The notes: generated by a model from the sequence alone, not told the origin. Shown: positions 39,806 to 50,500, counted from the first letter of the stretch. The stretch is 64,000 nt of DNA from an uncultured Rhodospirillaceae bacterium (GCA_964517415.1 CAZFCA010000002.1:47288-111287); one strand, 5' to 3'. Translations and numbers: made by a program.

Positions 39806-40174
39806 ATGAGTTATGATACAAACAATATCTTCGCCAAAATTTTGCGGGGGGAAATTCCCAGTAAAAAAATCTATGAAGACGACTATGCGCTAGCTTTTCC
39901 CGACATTAAACCGCGCGCCCCCGTTCATATTCTTGTTATTCCCAAAGGCCCTTATGCGACTTATAGCGATTTTATCGCAACGGCGACGGAAGCCGAAATC
40001 ATCGGATTCCAGCGCGCGATTGCGAATATTATCAATGGAGCCAACATCGTTGCGACGGGCTACAGGCTCATCGCGAATGCGGGCGTTCATTCCCATCAGG
40101 AAGTGCCCCATTTTCATGTTCACATTTTAGGCGGACGCGATCTTGGGCCTTTGTTGGCGGAAGAGGCAGGATAG
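39806..40174 (+). CDS. HIT family hydrolase (HINT-like)
   Basis: The histidine triad is HFHVHILGG. The start was re-derived to the ATG at 39806. Confidence 0.85.
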   Translation: MSYDTNNIFAKILRGEIPSKKIYEDDYALAFPDIKPRAPVHILVIPKGPYATYSDFIATATEAEIIGFQRAIANIINGANIVATGYRLIANAGVHSHQEVPHFHVHILGGRDLGPLLAEEAG

Positions 40175-40243
40175 CCCCTCTGCGCCCCTAGCGCGAGAGC
40201 CGGCGGACAAATGCAATCGGCGATAGATACTATTTTTATCCGG

Positions 40244-40720
40244 CTATTCCTCGTCAGCCATGGAGCGAATGAGGTCATATAGTTTCCGGCGTTGTTTTTC
40301 GTCCTGAATCCGGTAATAAGCGCGAACCAGTTCCAACGTTTCCCGCCGGCGCATAATATCATAATCGTTTTTTTGTTCTGGTGCTGCGGCACCATCAAGA
40401 GCGGCCTGCTCGCCTTCTCCGAAGCCCGGCTGCGCCGCGGTGCCGAGCATGGAGGGCATATCCTCGAAAAAATAGGCGACAGGTACCGATAATGTCTTTG
40501 AAATCTGAAATAACCGGCTTGATCCCATGCGGTTGATGCCGCGTTCGTATTTTTGAATTTGTTGAAACGTGAGCCCAAGGGATTTTCCAAGCTGTTCTTG
40601 GCTTAGCCCAATCAAATTCCTGCGCATGCGCAAACGCGCGCCGACATGGATATCGATAGGATCTGGGTTTTCAGAGCGCAGCCCTGATTTCTTAACTTTT
40701 TTTTCTGACGCAATAGCCAT
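40244..40720 (-). CDS. XRE-family helix-turn-helix transcriptional regulator
   Basis: The Cro/C1-type HTH reads LSQEQLGKSLGLTFQQIQKYERG. The start was re-derived to the ATG at 40720, which is preceded by AGGA. Confidence 0.75.
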   Translation of the reverse strand: MAIASEKKVKKSGLRSENPDPIDIHVGARLRMRRNLIGLSQEQLGKSLGLTFQQIQKYERGINRMGSSRLFQISKTLSVPVAYFFEDMPSMLGTAAQPGFGEGEQAALDGAAAPEQKNDYDIMRRRETLELVRAYYRIQDEKQRRKLYDLIRSMADEE

Positions 40721-40877
40721 TATAATAATCCTAAAAAAACAAGGCACCAGTTGTGCTTATGTACGTTTCCTGCGAACGCAAAATAGAAATTTCTAATTTG
40801 TAAATCAAGAAAAGAAGCCTGAGGCGGCGGAATTTAATTACTTTTTCTTGCGCCATCAATCATGAAAATTGCATTTC

Positions 40878-42410
40878 TTAGTCGCCATGCAACCATAGCG
40901 GGAAATTAACTGCTTTAGCGAATGTGGTTAATGGAAGGGCGACGGGAATTTCACTATCGATTATACCCTCTTTGTTTAATGCCAAACTTTTCACAACTCT
41001 TCCGAGTGGATCGATAATTGCCGATATGCCGGTATTCGCGACGCGGATCACCGGCAGACCTTCTTCTATGGCGCGCACACGCGCAATCGCCAAGTGTTGA
41101 TAGGGACCGGTCGTATTTCCATACCAGCCGTCATTCGTAATATTCAAAAGAAAGTCCGGGCGATCTTGGCGGTCGATAACGCGGCCGGAAAAAATAGCTT
41201 CATAACAAATGAGCGGGCTGAAAACAGGAAGCCCAAGCACCCGCAAAGAGCGAGCCCCGCTGCCTGCTGTGAAATCGGAATCGCTGGCGGCAAGAGCCTT
41301 AAGCGGCAACACCTTGCGGAAAGGCATGAATTCGCCGAAAGGAACCAAATGCGCCTTGTCATAGCTGCCGACAAGCCGCCCCAGACCGTCGACAACGACA
41401 AGAGAATTATAGAAAAGAAGACGATTTTTCTCGTTCATTTCGCGCTGGATAACGCCCGTTATGACGAACGCCGTGGCCGGAATGCTGTCGGCAATTTCTT
41501 TGCGACGAAAAGAATCTTCGCTCAAATAATAGGGCGAAGCCGTTTCTGGCCAAAAAACATGAGTGATCGGTTTATCCGCGGCTTGCGAGGTAAGGTCGAG
41601 TAATTTGCGGAAATGGTTTTCGCTTTCGCTTGCGCGCCATTTGTCCTCTTGGGGAATGTTGGGCTGCACGAGCCGAACACGCGCATTCGGCGCGTTTGCG
41701 ACGCTCGTCGTTTGGAGCCGGCATTCTCCCCAAACAAAAAGAACGGCGAAAGCGAGCATGCTAAAGACAAAAGCCAATCGCGCCGATTTTGCGTTCGTTT
41801 CAAGGCTTGCCGGCAGACAGGCGGCAAGAACCGTCAAAAAGCTCAGGCCGTAAATTCCTATAATGCTAGTGATTTGTAGAATGGGCAAAAAGCCTGAGAA
41901 GGCGTAACCGGGTAAATTCCAGGGGAAGCCTGTAAAAAGATGCCCACGCGCATAGTCCGCTAAAAACCAAAGGGTCGCGAAAGCAGCGGCGCCCCGCAAG
42001 CCGAAAAGGCCTATCCTGCTGGCAAACACGGCGGCAAGGCCGTAATAAACTGCGAATAGGGCGGGCAGTCCGGCAACCGCAAAAGGAACAGCCCACCAAA
42101 AACGACGAATATCCACGAACATCGACGCGGCAATCCAGTAAAGACCGAAAACGAAGAATCCGAAGGCGAAGCTCCAACCGGTGAAAAAAGCATGGGTTTT
42201 GGTCGTCGTCCCTTGCAGAAGAAAAATCAATGCCGGAAGGCAAATCATCAGCAAAGGGAACAGGTTGAAGGGCGGCATTGCAAGCGCAAGGGCGCTTCCA
42301 AAAAAAAAGGCCAACCCAAAACGCTTCCAACCAGCGGCCTGCCGCAGGCAATGGATGCCGGAAGAAAAAAATCTGAATGGCGAGACAGTCATGCGCAAGA
42401 GACTTCGCAT
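40878..42410 (-). CDS. lnt: apolipoprotein N-acyltransferase
   Basis: 510 aa. An N-terminal multi-TM domain is followed by a CN-hydrolase domain carrying the Glu/Lys/Cys catalytic triad, with Cys in PLICYE. Confidence 0.9.
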   Translation of the reverse strand: MRSLLRMTVSPFRFFSSGIHCLRQAAGWKRFGLAFFFGSALALAMPPFNLFPLLMICLPALIFLLQGTTTKTHAFFTGWSFAFGFFVFGLYWIAASMFVDIRRFWWAVPFAVAGLPALFAVYYGLAAVFASRIGLFGLRGAAAFATLWFLADYARGHLFTGFPWNLPGYAFSGFLPILQITSIIGIYGLSFLTVLAACLPASLETNAKSARLAFVFSMLAFAVLFVWGECRLQTTSVANAPNARVRLVQPNIPQEDKWRASESENHFRKLLDLTSQAADKPITHVFWPETASPYYLSEDSFRRKEIADSIPATAFVITGVIQREMNEKNRLLFYNSLVVVDGLGRLVGSYDKAHLVPFGEFMPFRKVLPLKALAASDSDFTAGSGARSLRVLGLPVFSPLICYEAIFSGRVIDRQDRPDFLLNITNDGWYGNTTGPYQHLAIARVRAIEEGLPVIRVANTGISAIIDPLGRVVKSLALNKEGIIDSEIPVALPLTTFAKAVNFPLWLHGD

Positions 42411-42453
42411 TCAGGAATGTGAAGGTCAAATAAAAAACGGAATGCTGGCCAGC

Positions 42454-44238
42454 TTATGATCCAAGGCGGGCAATAAAAGCGTCCAGTTGATTTTTCAGCC
42501 GCGGCGGCAGGCGGTCGCCAAAGCGGCTTAAGTGCGCCTGAAGGCTCGGAATTTCCTGCCGCCTTTCCTTGGTTTTTGGGTTAAGCAGTTCGTCAAGGGC
42601 AGCGACTGATAGCGAGAGGCCTTGAAGGTCAATATCCTTTGCTCTCGGCAGCAGACCGATGGGCGATCTCTCGGCCTCAACGCGGCCGGAAATCCGGTCG
42701 CAAATCCACTTAAGGACACGGCAATTCTCTCCATAGCCGGGCCACAGAAATTTTCCATTCGCATCTTTTCTGAACCAGTTCACGCAGAAGAGCGCGGGAG
42801 CATTGGCTGCCAGCTTGTCTCCCATCGCGAACCAATGCTGGAAGTAATCGCCCATGTTATAGCCGCAGAAGGGCGTCATCGCCATGGGGTCGTAACGCAA
42901 TTCGCCTACGGCGCCGATCACGGCGGCGGTTGTTTCCGAAGCCAGCGACGCGCCGAGAAACACGCCGTGATCCCAGTCGAACGCTTGGGTCACAAGGGGA
43001 ATATTCGTCGCACGCCTTCCGCCGAACAGGATGGCGTCGATAGGAACGCCTTGAGGATTGTCCAACCCGTAAATGATGGGGCACTGCTTGGCGGGCGCCG
43101 TGAAGCGGGCATTCGGATGCGCCGAAGGCTTCCCAGCGGCAGGCGTCCAATCTTTTCCCGTCCAATCGACGAGATGCGCGGGCGTGTCGCCGTCTATGCC
43201 TTCCCACCAGACATCGCCGTCGTCGGTCAGCGCGCAGTTTGTATACAGCGTGTTTTCGCGGATCGTGTCCATCGCGTTGGGATTGGTTTTGCGCGAAGTG
43301 CCGGGCGCGACGCCGAAAAAGCCGTATTCAGGATTGATCGCGTAAAGCCTTCCGTCTTCGCCCTGTTTCATCCAGGCGATGTCGTCGCCAATGCAGCTCG
43401 CTTTCCAACCCGGAAGGGTGGGGGTGATCATCGCCAAATTGGTCTTGCCGCAAGCCGAAGGAAAGGCACCGGCAATATGAAAGATGCGGCCTTCGGGGTT
43501 GGTCAGCCTTAGGATCATCATGTGTTCCGCCATCCAGCCTTCGCGGCGGGCAATGGGGGTGGCGATGCGCAGGGCGAGGCATTTTTTCCCGAGCAAGGCG
43601 TTTCCGCCATAACCGGATCCATAAGAGTCGACGCGGTTTTCATCGGGAAAATGGCAGATATATTTGTCTTCCATCGGCGCGCAAAGCCATTGCGGCGTTC
43701 CCGCCCCCCTGCCTACGGAATGCATGCAGGGAACGAATGCCTTTTCATCGCCCAGTTTTTCCAACACGGCCGTTCCGACGCGCGTCATAATATGCATGTG
43801 GACGGCGACATAGGCACTGTCGGTAATTTCGACCCCGATTTTAGAAAGGGGGGAGTCCAGAGGTCCCATGCAAAACGGAATGACGTACATGGTGCGCCCC
43901 GTCATGCAATCCTTATAGAGCTCGCGGAGCTTTTCCTTCAGAATATCAGGCGCGAGCCAATTATTAGTCGGTCCCGCGTCGGCTTCGTGCGTTGGGCTAA
44001 CAAAGGTGCGTTTCTCGACGCGCGCCACATCGCTTTCGTGCGAGCGGAAAAGATAGCTGCCCGGGCGTTTTTTCAAAGGAACGGCGGCGCCGGAATCTAC
44101 AAGCTGCTTAATGAGTTGGTCGTATTCTTCCTTGCTGCCGTTGCAGATGTAAACCTTATCAGGGCGGCAAAGATCGGTGGTTTCTTTGATCCAAGCGTTT
44201 AATTTTTCATTTTTTAAATGCATTTCCACGGGAACCAT
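42454..44238 (-). CDS. pckG: phosphoenolpyruvate carboxykinase (GTP)
   Basis: It has the GTP-PEPCK kinase-1a P-loop FPSACGKTN. It aligns to PckG from the start MVPVEMHLK, which I chose so the gene does not overlap yidD. Confidence 0.9.
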   Translation of the reverse strand: MVPVEMHLKNEKLNAWIKETTDLCRPDKVYICNGSKEEYDQLIKQLVDSGAAVPLKKRPGSYLFRSHESDVARVEKRTFVSPTHEADAGPTNNWLAPDILKEKLRELYKDCMTGRTMYVIPFCMGPLDSPLSKIGVEITDSAYVAVHMHIMTRVGTAVLEKLGDEKAFVPCMHSVGRGAGTPQWLCAPMEDKYICHFPDENRVDSYGSGYGGNALLGKKCLALRIATPIARREGWMAEHMMILRLTNPEGRIFHIAGAFPSACGKTNLAMITPTLPGWKASCIGDDIAWMKQGEDGRLYAINPEYGFFGVAPGTSRKTNPNAMDTIRENTLYTNCALTDDGDVWWEGIDGDTPAHLVDWTGKDWTPAAGKPSAHPNARFTAPAKQCPIIYGLDNPQGVPIDAILFGGRRATNIPLVTQAFDWDHGVFLGASLASETTAAVIGAVGELRYDPMAMTPFCGYNMGDYFQHWFAMGDKLAANAPALFCVNWFRKDANGKFLWPGYGENCRVLKWICDRISGRVEAERSPIGLLPRAKDIDLQGLSLSVAALDELLNPKTKERRQEIPSLQAHLSRFGDRLPPRLKNQLDAFIARLGS

Positions 44239-44287
44239 CCTTGATATGATTTTAGGAAATCTATTTATGCCACATTGCGATTGTTGT

Positions 44288-44542
44288 CTATGCGCGTTTG
44301 GGCGGCACTGGGTCATAGCCGTGCCCTCCCCCCGGGCGGCAGCGGCAAATACGTTTTAACGATAATTTTGTCCCTTCTACGAGGCCATGGATGCGCAAAG
44401 CCTCGTCAGCATATTCCGAGCAAGAGGGCAGAAAGCGGCAATGCCGTCCCAAAAGAAACGAAAAACTATGGCGATAAAGCCAAATGAGGGCGCGCAAACA
44501 AGAGACCATGAAAGGAGTATAGCGATTCCGGCTCCTCTGCAT
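44288..44542 (-). CDS. yidD: membrane protein insertion efficiency factor YidD
   Basis: The motif is [19 protein letters not shown]...[14 protein letters not shown]. Of the two in-frame ATG candidates, 44542 was chosen because it leaves an 11-residue N-terminus before LRALIWLY, matching E. coli YidD. Confidence 0.75.
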   Translation of the reverse strand: MQRSRNRYTPFMVSCLRALIWLYRHSFSFLLGRHCRFLPSCSEYADEALRIHGLVEGTKLSLKRICRCRPGGGHGYDPVPPKRA

Positions 44543-44564
44543 ATTTTTTTCGTCTATCTTGGCG

Positions 44565-45335
44565 CTACGGGAAGCGAATTGGAATATGATTATTCTTAAG
44601 ACGCGCCTTAAGTTCGCCAATGGTCAATAGCTGCTTGTGGAAAACGCTGGCGGCCAAGGCGCCGGCGACATCCGCTTGAGCGAAAACATCAACAAAGTGC
44701 ATTAATGCGCCGGCGCCGCCGGATGCAATGAGAGGAATGGCTATTCGCTTTTTAACCATGCGCAATTGGTCGATATCGTAGCCTTTGCGAACGCCGTCAT
44801 TATTCATGCAGTTCAAGACGATTTCTCCCGCGCCACGCGTTTCCGCCTCTTTCGCCCAATCCAGCGTTCGGCGCTGGGTTGCCTTCGTTTTAGAAATATC
44901 GCCTGTGTATTGGTACACCCAATAATCGTCGTTCTGCATCTTGCTGTCGATGCCGATGACAACGCACTGGCGGCCGAACTCTTTGGCCAGCGCGTCGATG
45001 AGGGCGGGATTTTCCAGTGCCGGAGAGTTTATGGAAATCTTATCCGCGCCATAGGCTAATATGGTGCGGGCGTCATCGACGCTGCGAATTCCGCCGGCTA
45101 CGCAAAAGGGGACATCAAGGATATCCGCCACGCGGGAAACCCACCGGCGGTCCACCGTGCGGCCGTCGCTGCTGGCCGTTATGTCGTAAAAAACCAGCTC
45201 GTCCGCGCCTTCCTTGCCATAGCGTTCGGCCAGCGCGATAATATCGCCGACGATTTCATGGTCGCAGAACTGTACGCCCTTGACGACCTTGCCATCCCGC
45301 ACATCAAGGCAGGGAATAATGCGCTTAGCCAGCAT
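44565..45335 (-). CDS. hisF: imidazole glycerol phosphate synthase cyclase subunit HisF
   Basis: It aligns to E. coli HisF over its full length from [12 protein letters not shown]. Confidence 0.95.
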   Translation of the reverse strand: MLAKRIIPCLDVRDGKVVKGVQFCDHEIVGDIIALAERYGKEGADELVFYDITASSDGRTVDRRWVSRVADILDVPFCVAGGIRSVDDARTILAYGADKISINSPALENPALIDALAKEFGRQCVVIGIDSKMQNDDYWVYQYTGDISKTKATQRRTLDWAKEAETRGAGEIVLNCMNNDGVRKGYDIDQLRMVKKRIAIPLIASGGAGALMHFVDVFAQADVAGALAASVFHKQLLTIGELKARLKNNHIPIRFP

Positions 45336-46065
45336 GGCGCACCTGCCGGAGGGCTTCAGCAAGATCGATTTTGCCTTCATAAACTGCCTTGCCTACGATG
45401 GCGGCTTCTACGGGGGTTGCCGAAAGGCTTTTTAGGTCATTCAGGCTGCCGATGCCTCCCGAAGCGATAAGGCCGACTTTCGGGGTATGAATGTGGACGT
45501 CGCGATAAAGCCGAAGGTTAGGTCCCGCCATCATGCCGTCGCGGGCGACATCCGTGCAAAGGATGCGGCGAAGGCCGCTTTCCTCGTAGGCGTCCAGAAC
45601 GTCCCAAAGAAGCTGGTGGCTTTCGCTTCGCCAGCCGTTTGTCAAAACCTCGGGCTGGTCGTCGACATATTTAATATCGAAGGCGAGGACGATTTTGCTC
45701 GCACCGAAATGGCGCAGCCAAGCCTGCACGAGCGATCTATTCTTGATGGCAAGGCTTCCAATAATGATGCGCTCCGCGCCTGCGTCAAAAAGATTTTGAA
45801 TTGTTGCGGCATCGCGTATGCCTCCGCCTGTTTGAATTTTTAACTGGGTTTTCTTCGCGATATTTTCAATTATATCGAATTGCTTCATCTTGCCGGATTC
45901 CGCGCCGTCTAAATCGACGACGTGAGCCCATTTCGCGCCGGCGTCCGCGAATTTTTGCGCTTGCTCGACCGGATCGGCGGCGTAAATCTTTGCCGTTTTG
46001 AAATCGCCTTGCACAAGACGAACGCATTGGCCTCTTTTAATATCTATCGCGGGGAACATATCCAT
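45325..46065 (-). CDS. hisA: ProFAR isomerase HisA
   Basis: The N-terminus M(DM)[19 protein letters not shown] aligns with HisA, which is a TIM barrel. It overlaps the hisF start by 11 bp. Confidence 0.9.
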   Translation of the reverse strand: MDMFPAIDIKRGQCVRLVQGDFKTAKIYAADPVEQAQKFADAGAKWAHVVDLDGAESGKMKQFDIIENIAKKTQLKIQTGGGIRDAATIQNLFDAGAERIIIGSLAIKNRSLVQAWLRHFGASKIVLAFDIKYVDDQPEVLTNGWRSESHQLLWDVLDAYEESGLRRILCTDVARDGMMAGPNLRLYRDVHIHTPKVGLIASGGIGSLNDLKSLSATPVEAAIVGKAVYEGKIDLAEALRQVRHAG

Positions 46066-46066
46066 T

Positions 46067-46657
46067 TTACATTTCCAAAAAATTTTTCAAAAGCAGAGCC
46101 CCGGCATGGCTTGATCGCTCGGGATGGAATTGGCAACCGAAAAAGTTTTTATATTGGGCGACAGCCGTGAAAGAGTCTCCATAGGCGCAAGTTGCCAGAG
46201 CGTTGTTGCTAACATCCGCCGCAAAGCTGTGGACGAAATAAAAATAGCTTTGATCGGCAAGAGCATGGAAAAGGGGGCTGTTTTTGCGGAAATCGACTGC
46301 ATTCCATCCCATGTGCGGGATGGATAAATTCTTCGGCTTTAATAGTTTTATCTGTCCCGGAATAACGCCAAGGCATGCGCAGCCTTCGCCTTCATCGGAA
46401 AAGGAAAAAAGCATTTGCATGCCAAGGCAGATTCCTAAAACGGGCTGGGACAGACGGCGCAAAACGTCCGAAAGGTTATAAGCGTTTAAGCGATCCATGG
46501 CGGCCGGCGCGGATCCGACGCCGGGTAGAATGACATGCGAAGCTCTTCGAATAGCCTCGGCATCCTTTGTTACTTGGGCGTCGGCCTTCAGTCGCTTGAG
46601 AGCAGCAAGGACCGAAGCTAAATTTGCTACTCCGCTATCGACTATGGCTACCGTCAT
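46067..46657 (-). CDS. hisH: imidazole glycerol phosphate synthase glutamine amidotransferase subunit HisH
   Basis: It is a class I GATase. The catalytic Cys is in GICLGMQ and the His is in HPE. Confidence 0.9.
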   Translation of the reverse strand: MTVAIVDSGVANLASVLAALKRLKADAQVTKDAEAIRRASHVILPGVGSAPAAMDRLNAYNLSDVLRRLSQPVLGICLGMQMLFSFSDEGEGCACLGVIPGQIKLLKPKNLSIPHMGWNAVDFRKNSPLFHALADQSYFYFVHSFAADVSNNALATCAYGDSFTAVAQYKNFFGCQFHPERSSHAGALLLKNFLEM

Positions 46658-48315
46658 AGCGCTCCCTTTGTAGATGGAAAAGCCTTTCCTTCGCGCCGGA
46701 GGGCTTGCCTTAAGACTCGCCCTGCGGCTTTGAACAAAGCCTCGATCATGTGATGCGTGTTCGTTCCTTGCACAGACATGTGCATGGTGGCTTTTAAGGC
46801 GTTCGCGAAGGATTGGAAAAAATGCGGCACCATATCGCTGGGCATCTCACCGGCAAAGGCGGCGGGAAATTTTCCGGTCATTTTGAAAAACGGACGGCCG
46901 GACAGATCTATGACTGCTTGCGCTAAAGCCTCATCCAAGGGGGCGAAAAATCCGTAGCGGCCAAGGCCGCACTTGTCCCCCAAGGCTTTTTGAAGGGCTT
47001 TGCCAAGCGCCAAAGCGCAATCTTCTATCGTATGATGCGGGTCGACGCGCAAATCGCCTTGACAATTGAGAACGAGGCCGAAGCCGCCATGCTTGGCGAT
47101 TTGCTCCAGCATGTGGTCGAAAAAGCCGATGCCGGTTTGTATGTGAATCAAATTCGCGTTGTCGAGATTCACCGTTACGTTAACCTCGGTCTCTTTTGTC
47201 GCGCGGCGAAGGCTGTAAAGGCGTTCGTTTGGGTCGTCTTTGCCGGCAATTTCGACGCCCAAGGCGCCGAGGACAAGATCGTTTTCTTCCGGCGTTCCGA
47301 TGGAAAAGCGAACCGAATCAGCGATTTCGCCGCTTCTGTCGCGCGCCAGGATGCCGAAGCTCTTGAGGCGCTGCATCGTCTTTTTTGCGCTTGTTGTCCT
47401 AGCTAACAGAAAATTTGCTTCGCTTGGATAAACGCTTTCAATGAACAAAGACTTTGGAAGCAACCGAGCCATGCGCTTTCGTTCCGAAACGATCAGCCTT
47501 CTGCGCGCCGCGTTGTGGGCCAGGCCGTTTGCGCTTAACGCGTCCAACGCGGATTTTATGCTTGTTTGTGCAAGGGGGTAGGGGGCGATTATTTTCGCCA
47601 GCAAGCGGACGACTTGCTTTGAGGCGATAACCGCGCCGACGCGCTCGCCGGCAAGGGCGTGCGCTTTCGAGAGAGTTCGTAAAACGACAAGATTAGGCGT
47701 TTTTTTTAAATCGGGAAGCATGCCCGAAGGAGCATCGGAAAATTCAATGTAGGCTTCGTCGACGACAATAAGGCTTTTTTTTTGTCGCGCCGCGCAAAGA
47801 GCCAGAATATCCTTGCGCCGCATCAGATGCCCCATGGGCGCGTTCGGTGAGGGAATGAAGACGAGTTTTGTTTGCGGCGCGCAGTTTTTTAGAATAGAGC
47901 GGACGTTAAGCTGTCCATTTTCTTTAAGCGGCGCCTTGATGATTTTCGCGCCCTGAATCACTGCGGCGACTTGATACATGCCGTAAGTCGGCGGGCAGAT
48001 AAGAATTTGATCTTTTTCGGCGCTGCAAAGCAGACGGATCAGGACATCGATGCCTTCGTCGCTGCCGCGGCTTAAAAGGATATGTTCTGCGGGGATGTTC
48101 CAAAGGGCGGAAAGACGATCAAGCACCTTTTGGGGCTGCGCCTCGGGATAGCGGTTCAACGCGCACGCTTCGGATGCGAAACCGAACGGCGGCCAAGGAA
48201 ATTCGTTCGCATCGATGCTGATATCCGGCAAAAAACCTTCGGATTCCGAACGGGCGGAGCTATAGGCCGCGGCCTTTAAAAGATCGGGGCGAACAAGATT
48301 TTCAAGCCAGGTCAT
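46654..48315 (-). CDS. bifunctional fusion: histidinol-phosphate aminotransferase (HisC, N-terminal) fused to imidazoleglycerol-phosphate dehydratase (IGPD, C-terminal)
   Basis: It is a single 553-aa ORF. Residues 1 to about 365 are an aminotransferase class I/II domain carrying the PLP lysine in LRTLSKAHALAG. A short linker follows. Residues from about 385 to 553 are an IGPD domain (TKETEVNVTVNLD...GFFDHMLEQIAKHG...DPHHTIED). Confidence 0.85.
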   Translation of the reverse strand: MTWLENLVRPDLLKAAAYSSARSESEGFLPDISIDANEFPWPPFGFASEACALNRYPEAQPQKVLDRLSALWNIPAEHILLSRGSDEGIDVLIRLLCSAEKDQILICPPTYGMYQVAAVIQGAKIIKAPLKENGQLNVRSILKNCAPQTKLVFIPSPNAPMGHLMRRKDILALCAARQKKSLIVVDEAYIEFSDAPSGMLPDLKKTPNLVVLRTLSKAHALAGERVGAVIASKQVVRLLAKIIAPYPLAQTSIKSALDALSANGLAHNAARRRLIVSERKRMARLLPKSLFIESVYPSEANFLLARTTSAKKTMQRLKSFGILARDRSGEIADSVRFSIGTPEENDLVLGALGVEIAGKDDPNERLYSLRRATKETEVNVTVNLDNANLIHIQTGIGFFDHMLEQIAKHGGFGLVLNCQGDLRVDPHHTIEDCALALGKALQKALGDKCGLGRYGFFAPLDEALAQAVIDLSGRPFFKMTGKFPAAFAGEMPSDMVPHFFQSFANALKATMHMSVQGTNTHHMIEALFKAAGRVLRQALRREGKAFPSTKGAL

Positions 48316-49607
48316 CGGAGCCCCATGCGCACTTTCACGGCATTGGCGTGGCCCTGTAGTCCTTCGGCCTCGGCCATGGTTATGATGGCCGGCCCCAAGG
48401 CGTTCAAGCCTTTTTGCGTCAGGCTTTGGACCGTCATGCTTTTCATAAAGGAAAGGACGTTCAGCCCCCCATAGGCGCGCGCATAGCCGTAAGTCGGCAA
48501 TACCTGATTGGTTCCGCTCGCGTAATCTCCGGCGGATTCGGGCGTAAGGGGACCGACAAATACCGAACCTGCGTTTTTAACGCGCGGCAAAAGCTGCGAA
48601 GCGCGGCGGCAGTTTATAATTAAGTGCTCCGGCGCATAGAGATTAGAGATATCGATTGCCATGTCTATGGTCGGAACAACGAGAATCCGGCTTTTTAAAA
48701 GGCATTTGGCTGCGATGGTTTTGCGGGGCAAGATGGCAAGCTGTTTTTCGACTTGCTGCCGGACGATTTTCGCAAAAGCCGCGTTCGTTGTTATTAAAAG
48801 AACCTGCGACAGCGCGTCGTGCTCGGCCTGCGCCAGTAAATCGGAGGCTACCCAATCGGCACGCGCATATTTATCCGCAATGACAAGAACCTCGGATTGC
48901 CCCGCAGGGATGTCAATCGCGGCGCCGAGAGGATCTTCCGAAACAAGTTGCTTTGCCGCGGTGACGTAGGCATTCCCCGGACCGAATATCTTATCGACTT
49001 TCGGCACCGTTTCCGTGCCGTAAGCCATTGCGGCTATGGCTTGCGCGCCGCCGACCGCAAAAACGTTTTCGATGCCGCACAGTCTCGCGGCGGCCAAGAT
49101 GGCTTCATGGACTTTTCCGTTTTTTTGAGGCGGCGCGCATAAAATAATGTTTTTGCATCCCGCAATGCGCGCGGGTATGGCCTGCATAAGAAGAGCTGAG
49201 AACAAAGGCGCCGTTCCTGCGGGAATATAAAGGCCTGCTCTCTCTACGGGGCGCCATTGCATAGAACAAACGACCCCAGGCATCGTGCGCACGCTTATGC
49301 TGCGAGGGTATTCGGCCCTGTGAAATTTTTCGATATTGCGCATCGCGCGGCGCATGGCTTTGCGCAGAGCTGGATCAAGGCCGTTTGTTGCATTCTCAAT
49401 TTCTTTTGAAGAAATTTGAATTTTTTCGAGTTTAACGCCGTCGAAATCGGCGGTGAATTTACGCAACGCCGCGTCTTTGTTTGCGCGCACCTCGTTAACA
49501 ATGCCCAAGACCCTGATCTTTCGTTCGGCGCCCGCTTCAGGGCGGGGGCGCATCAAGGCGTCCTTTTGCTGTTTCGATGATGCTTTGTTCCAAATAATGA
49601 TATTCAT
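48312..49607 (-). CDS. hisD: histidinol dehydrogenase
   Basis: HisD signature regions are present. The start was re-derived to the ATG at 49607, which is preceded by GAGGA. Confidence 0.9.
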   Translation of the reverse strand: MNIIIWNKASSKQQKDALMRPRPEAGAERKIRVLGIVNEVRANKDAALRKFTADFDGVKLEKIQISSKEIENATNGLDPALRKAMRRAMRNIEKFHRAEYPRSISVRTMPGVVCSMQWRPVERAGLYIPAGTAPLFSALLMQAIPARIAGCKNIILCAPPQKNGKVHEAILAAARLCGIENVFAVGGAQAIAAMAYGTETVPKVDKIFGPGNAYVTAAKQLVSEDPLGAAIDIPAGQSEVLVIADKYARADWVASDLLAQAEHDALSQVLLITTNAAFAKIVRQQVEKQLAILPRKTIAAKCLLKSRILVVPTIDMAIDISNLYAPEHLIINCRRASQLLPRVKNAGSVFVGPLTPESAGDYASGTNQVLPTYGYARAYGGLNVLSFMKSMTVQSLTQKGLNALGPAIITMAEAEGLQGHANAVKVRMGLR

Positions 49608-49615
49608 GACGATCC

Positions 49616-50500
49616 TCAAGCCGACATTTTTTCTATCGGAACGACAAGAATGCCTGTGGCGCCCGCTTCTTGAAGTTTTTCCATGGTTTCCCAAAAAACC
49701 GCTTCTTTGCATACCGCGTGCATGGAAACCATATCCTCTTTGTTTAGATCCAGAACAGTCGGCGAAGAGCAGCCCGGTAAGAGGCGCGCAATTCGAGAGA
49801 CGGCGCGTCGCGGCGCGTTCAGCATGATGTATTTGCTGTCCTGCGCCATTAACGCGCCGCGCATGCGCGCAAGAAGCCGATGAATTGTGGCTTCTTTGCT
49901 TCTTGAAAAACGCTTGGACGATCGGATAAGCAGCGCCTCGCTTTTAAGGATAACCTTGATTTCGCGCAAGTTGTTGGCGGCCAGGGTTGCGCCGGAGGCG
50001 ACGATATCGCATACCGCATCGGCGATTCTCAGCCTGGGGGCCACCTCCACAGAACCGCGCATCAGCAAGGGGTGCGCGTCGATGTTCCTGGATCTCAAAA
50101 AATTCTTGAGGATGTTCGGATACGAAGTCGCAATGGCCTTGTTCGCAAGATCCTGAATGCCGTTGATGCCGCTGTCATCGAGAGCGGCGATGGACAGGCG
50201 GCATTGCGAGAAGCCTAATCGTTCCACGATGGTCGCCGAGAAATCCTCGTTCGTCGAGGCCTGTCTTTCGGAAAAAACATTTTCGCCCACAATGCCGAGA
50301 TCGCAAATGCCGTTATTGACGAATCCCGGAATATCGTCGTCGCGAATAAGCAAAAGGTCGATGGGCAGCTCTTTCATGCGGCAGAAAAGCTGGTCGCGGC
50401 TGCGGTCGATGTGCAAGCCGCAATCTTTCAGAAGTCCAAGGCTATCCTCGGCCAGACGGCCGGATTTTTGCAAGGCAAGGCGTATGCGATTTTGAGGCAT
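49616..50500 (-). CDS. hisG: ATP phosphoribosyltransferase (long form)
   Basis: It aligns with E. coli HisG from MPQNRIRLALQKSGRL. The C-terminal regulatory domain is present. Confidence 0.9.
   Translation of the reverse strand: MPQNRIRLALQKSGRLAEDSLGLLKDCGLHIDRSRDQLFCRMKELPIDLLLIRDDDIPGFVNNGICDLGIVGENVFSERQASTNEDFSATIVERLGFSQCRLSIAALDDSGINGIQDLANKAIATSYPNILKNFLRSRNIDAHPLLMRGSVEVAPRLRIADAVCDIVASGATLAANNLREIKVILKSEALLIRSSKRFSRSKEATIHRLLARMRGALMAQDSKYIMLNAPRRAVSRIARLLPGCSSPTVLDLNKEDMVSMHAVCKEAVFWETMEKLQEAGATGILVVPIEKMSA

Noticed and set aside
42454-44238. GTP-dependent PEPCK (pckG), rather than the ATP-type pckA, was considered as a horizontal-transfer signal.
   Set aside because: Composition and codon usage look native. 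The phosphoenolpyruvate carboxykinase (PEPCK) type alone is weak evidence, and GTP-type enzymes occur sporadically in Alphaproteobacteria.
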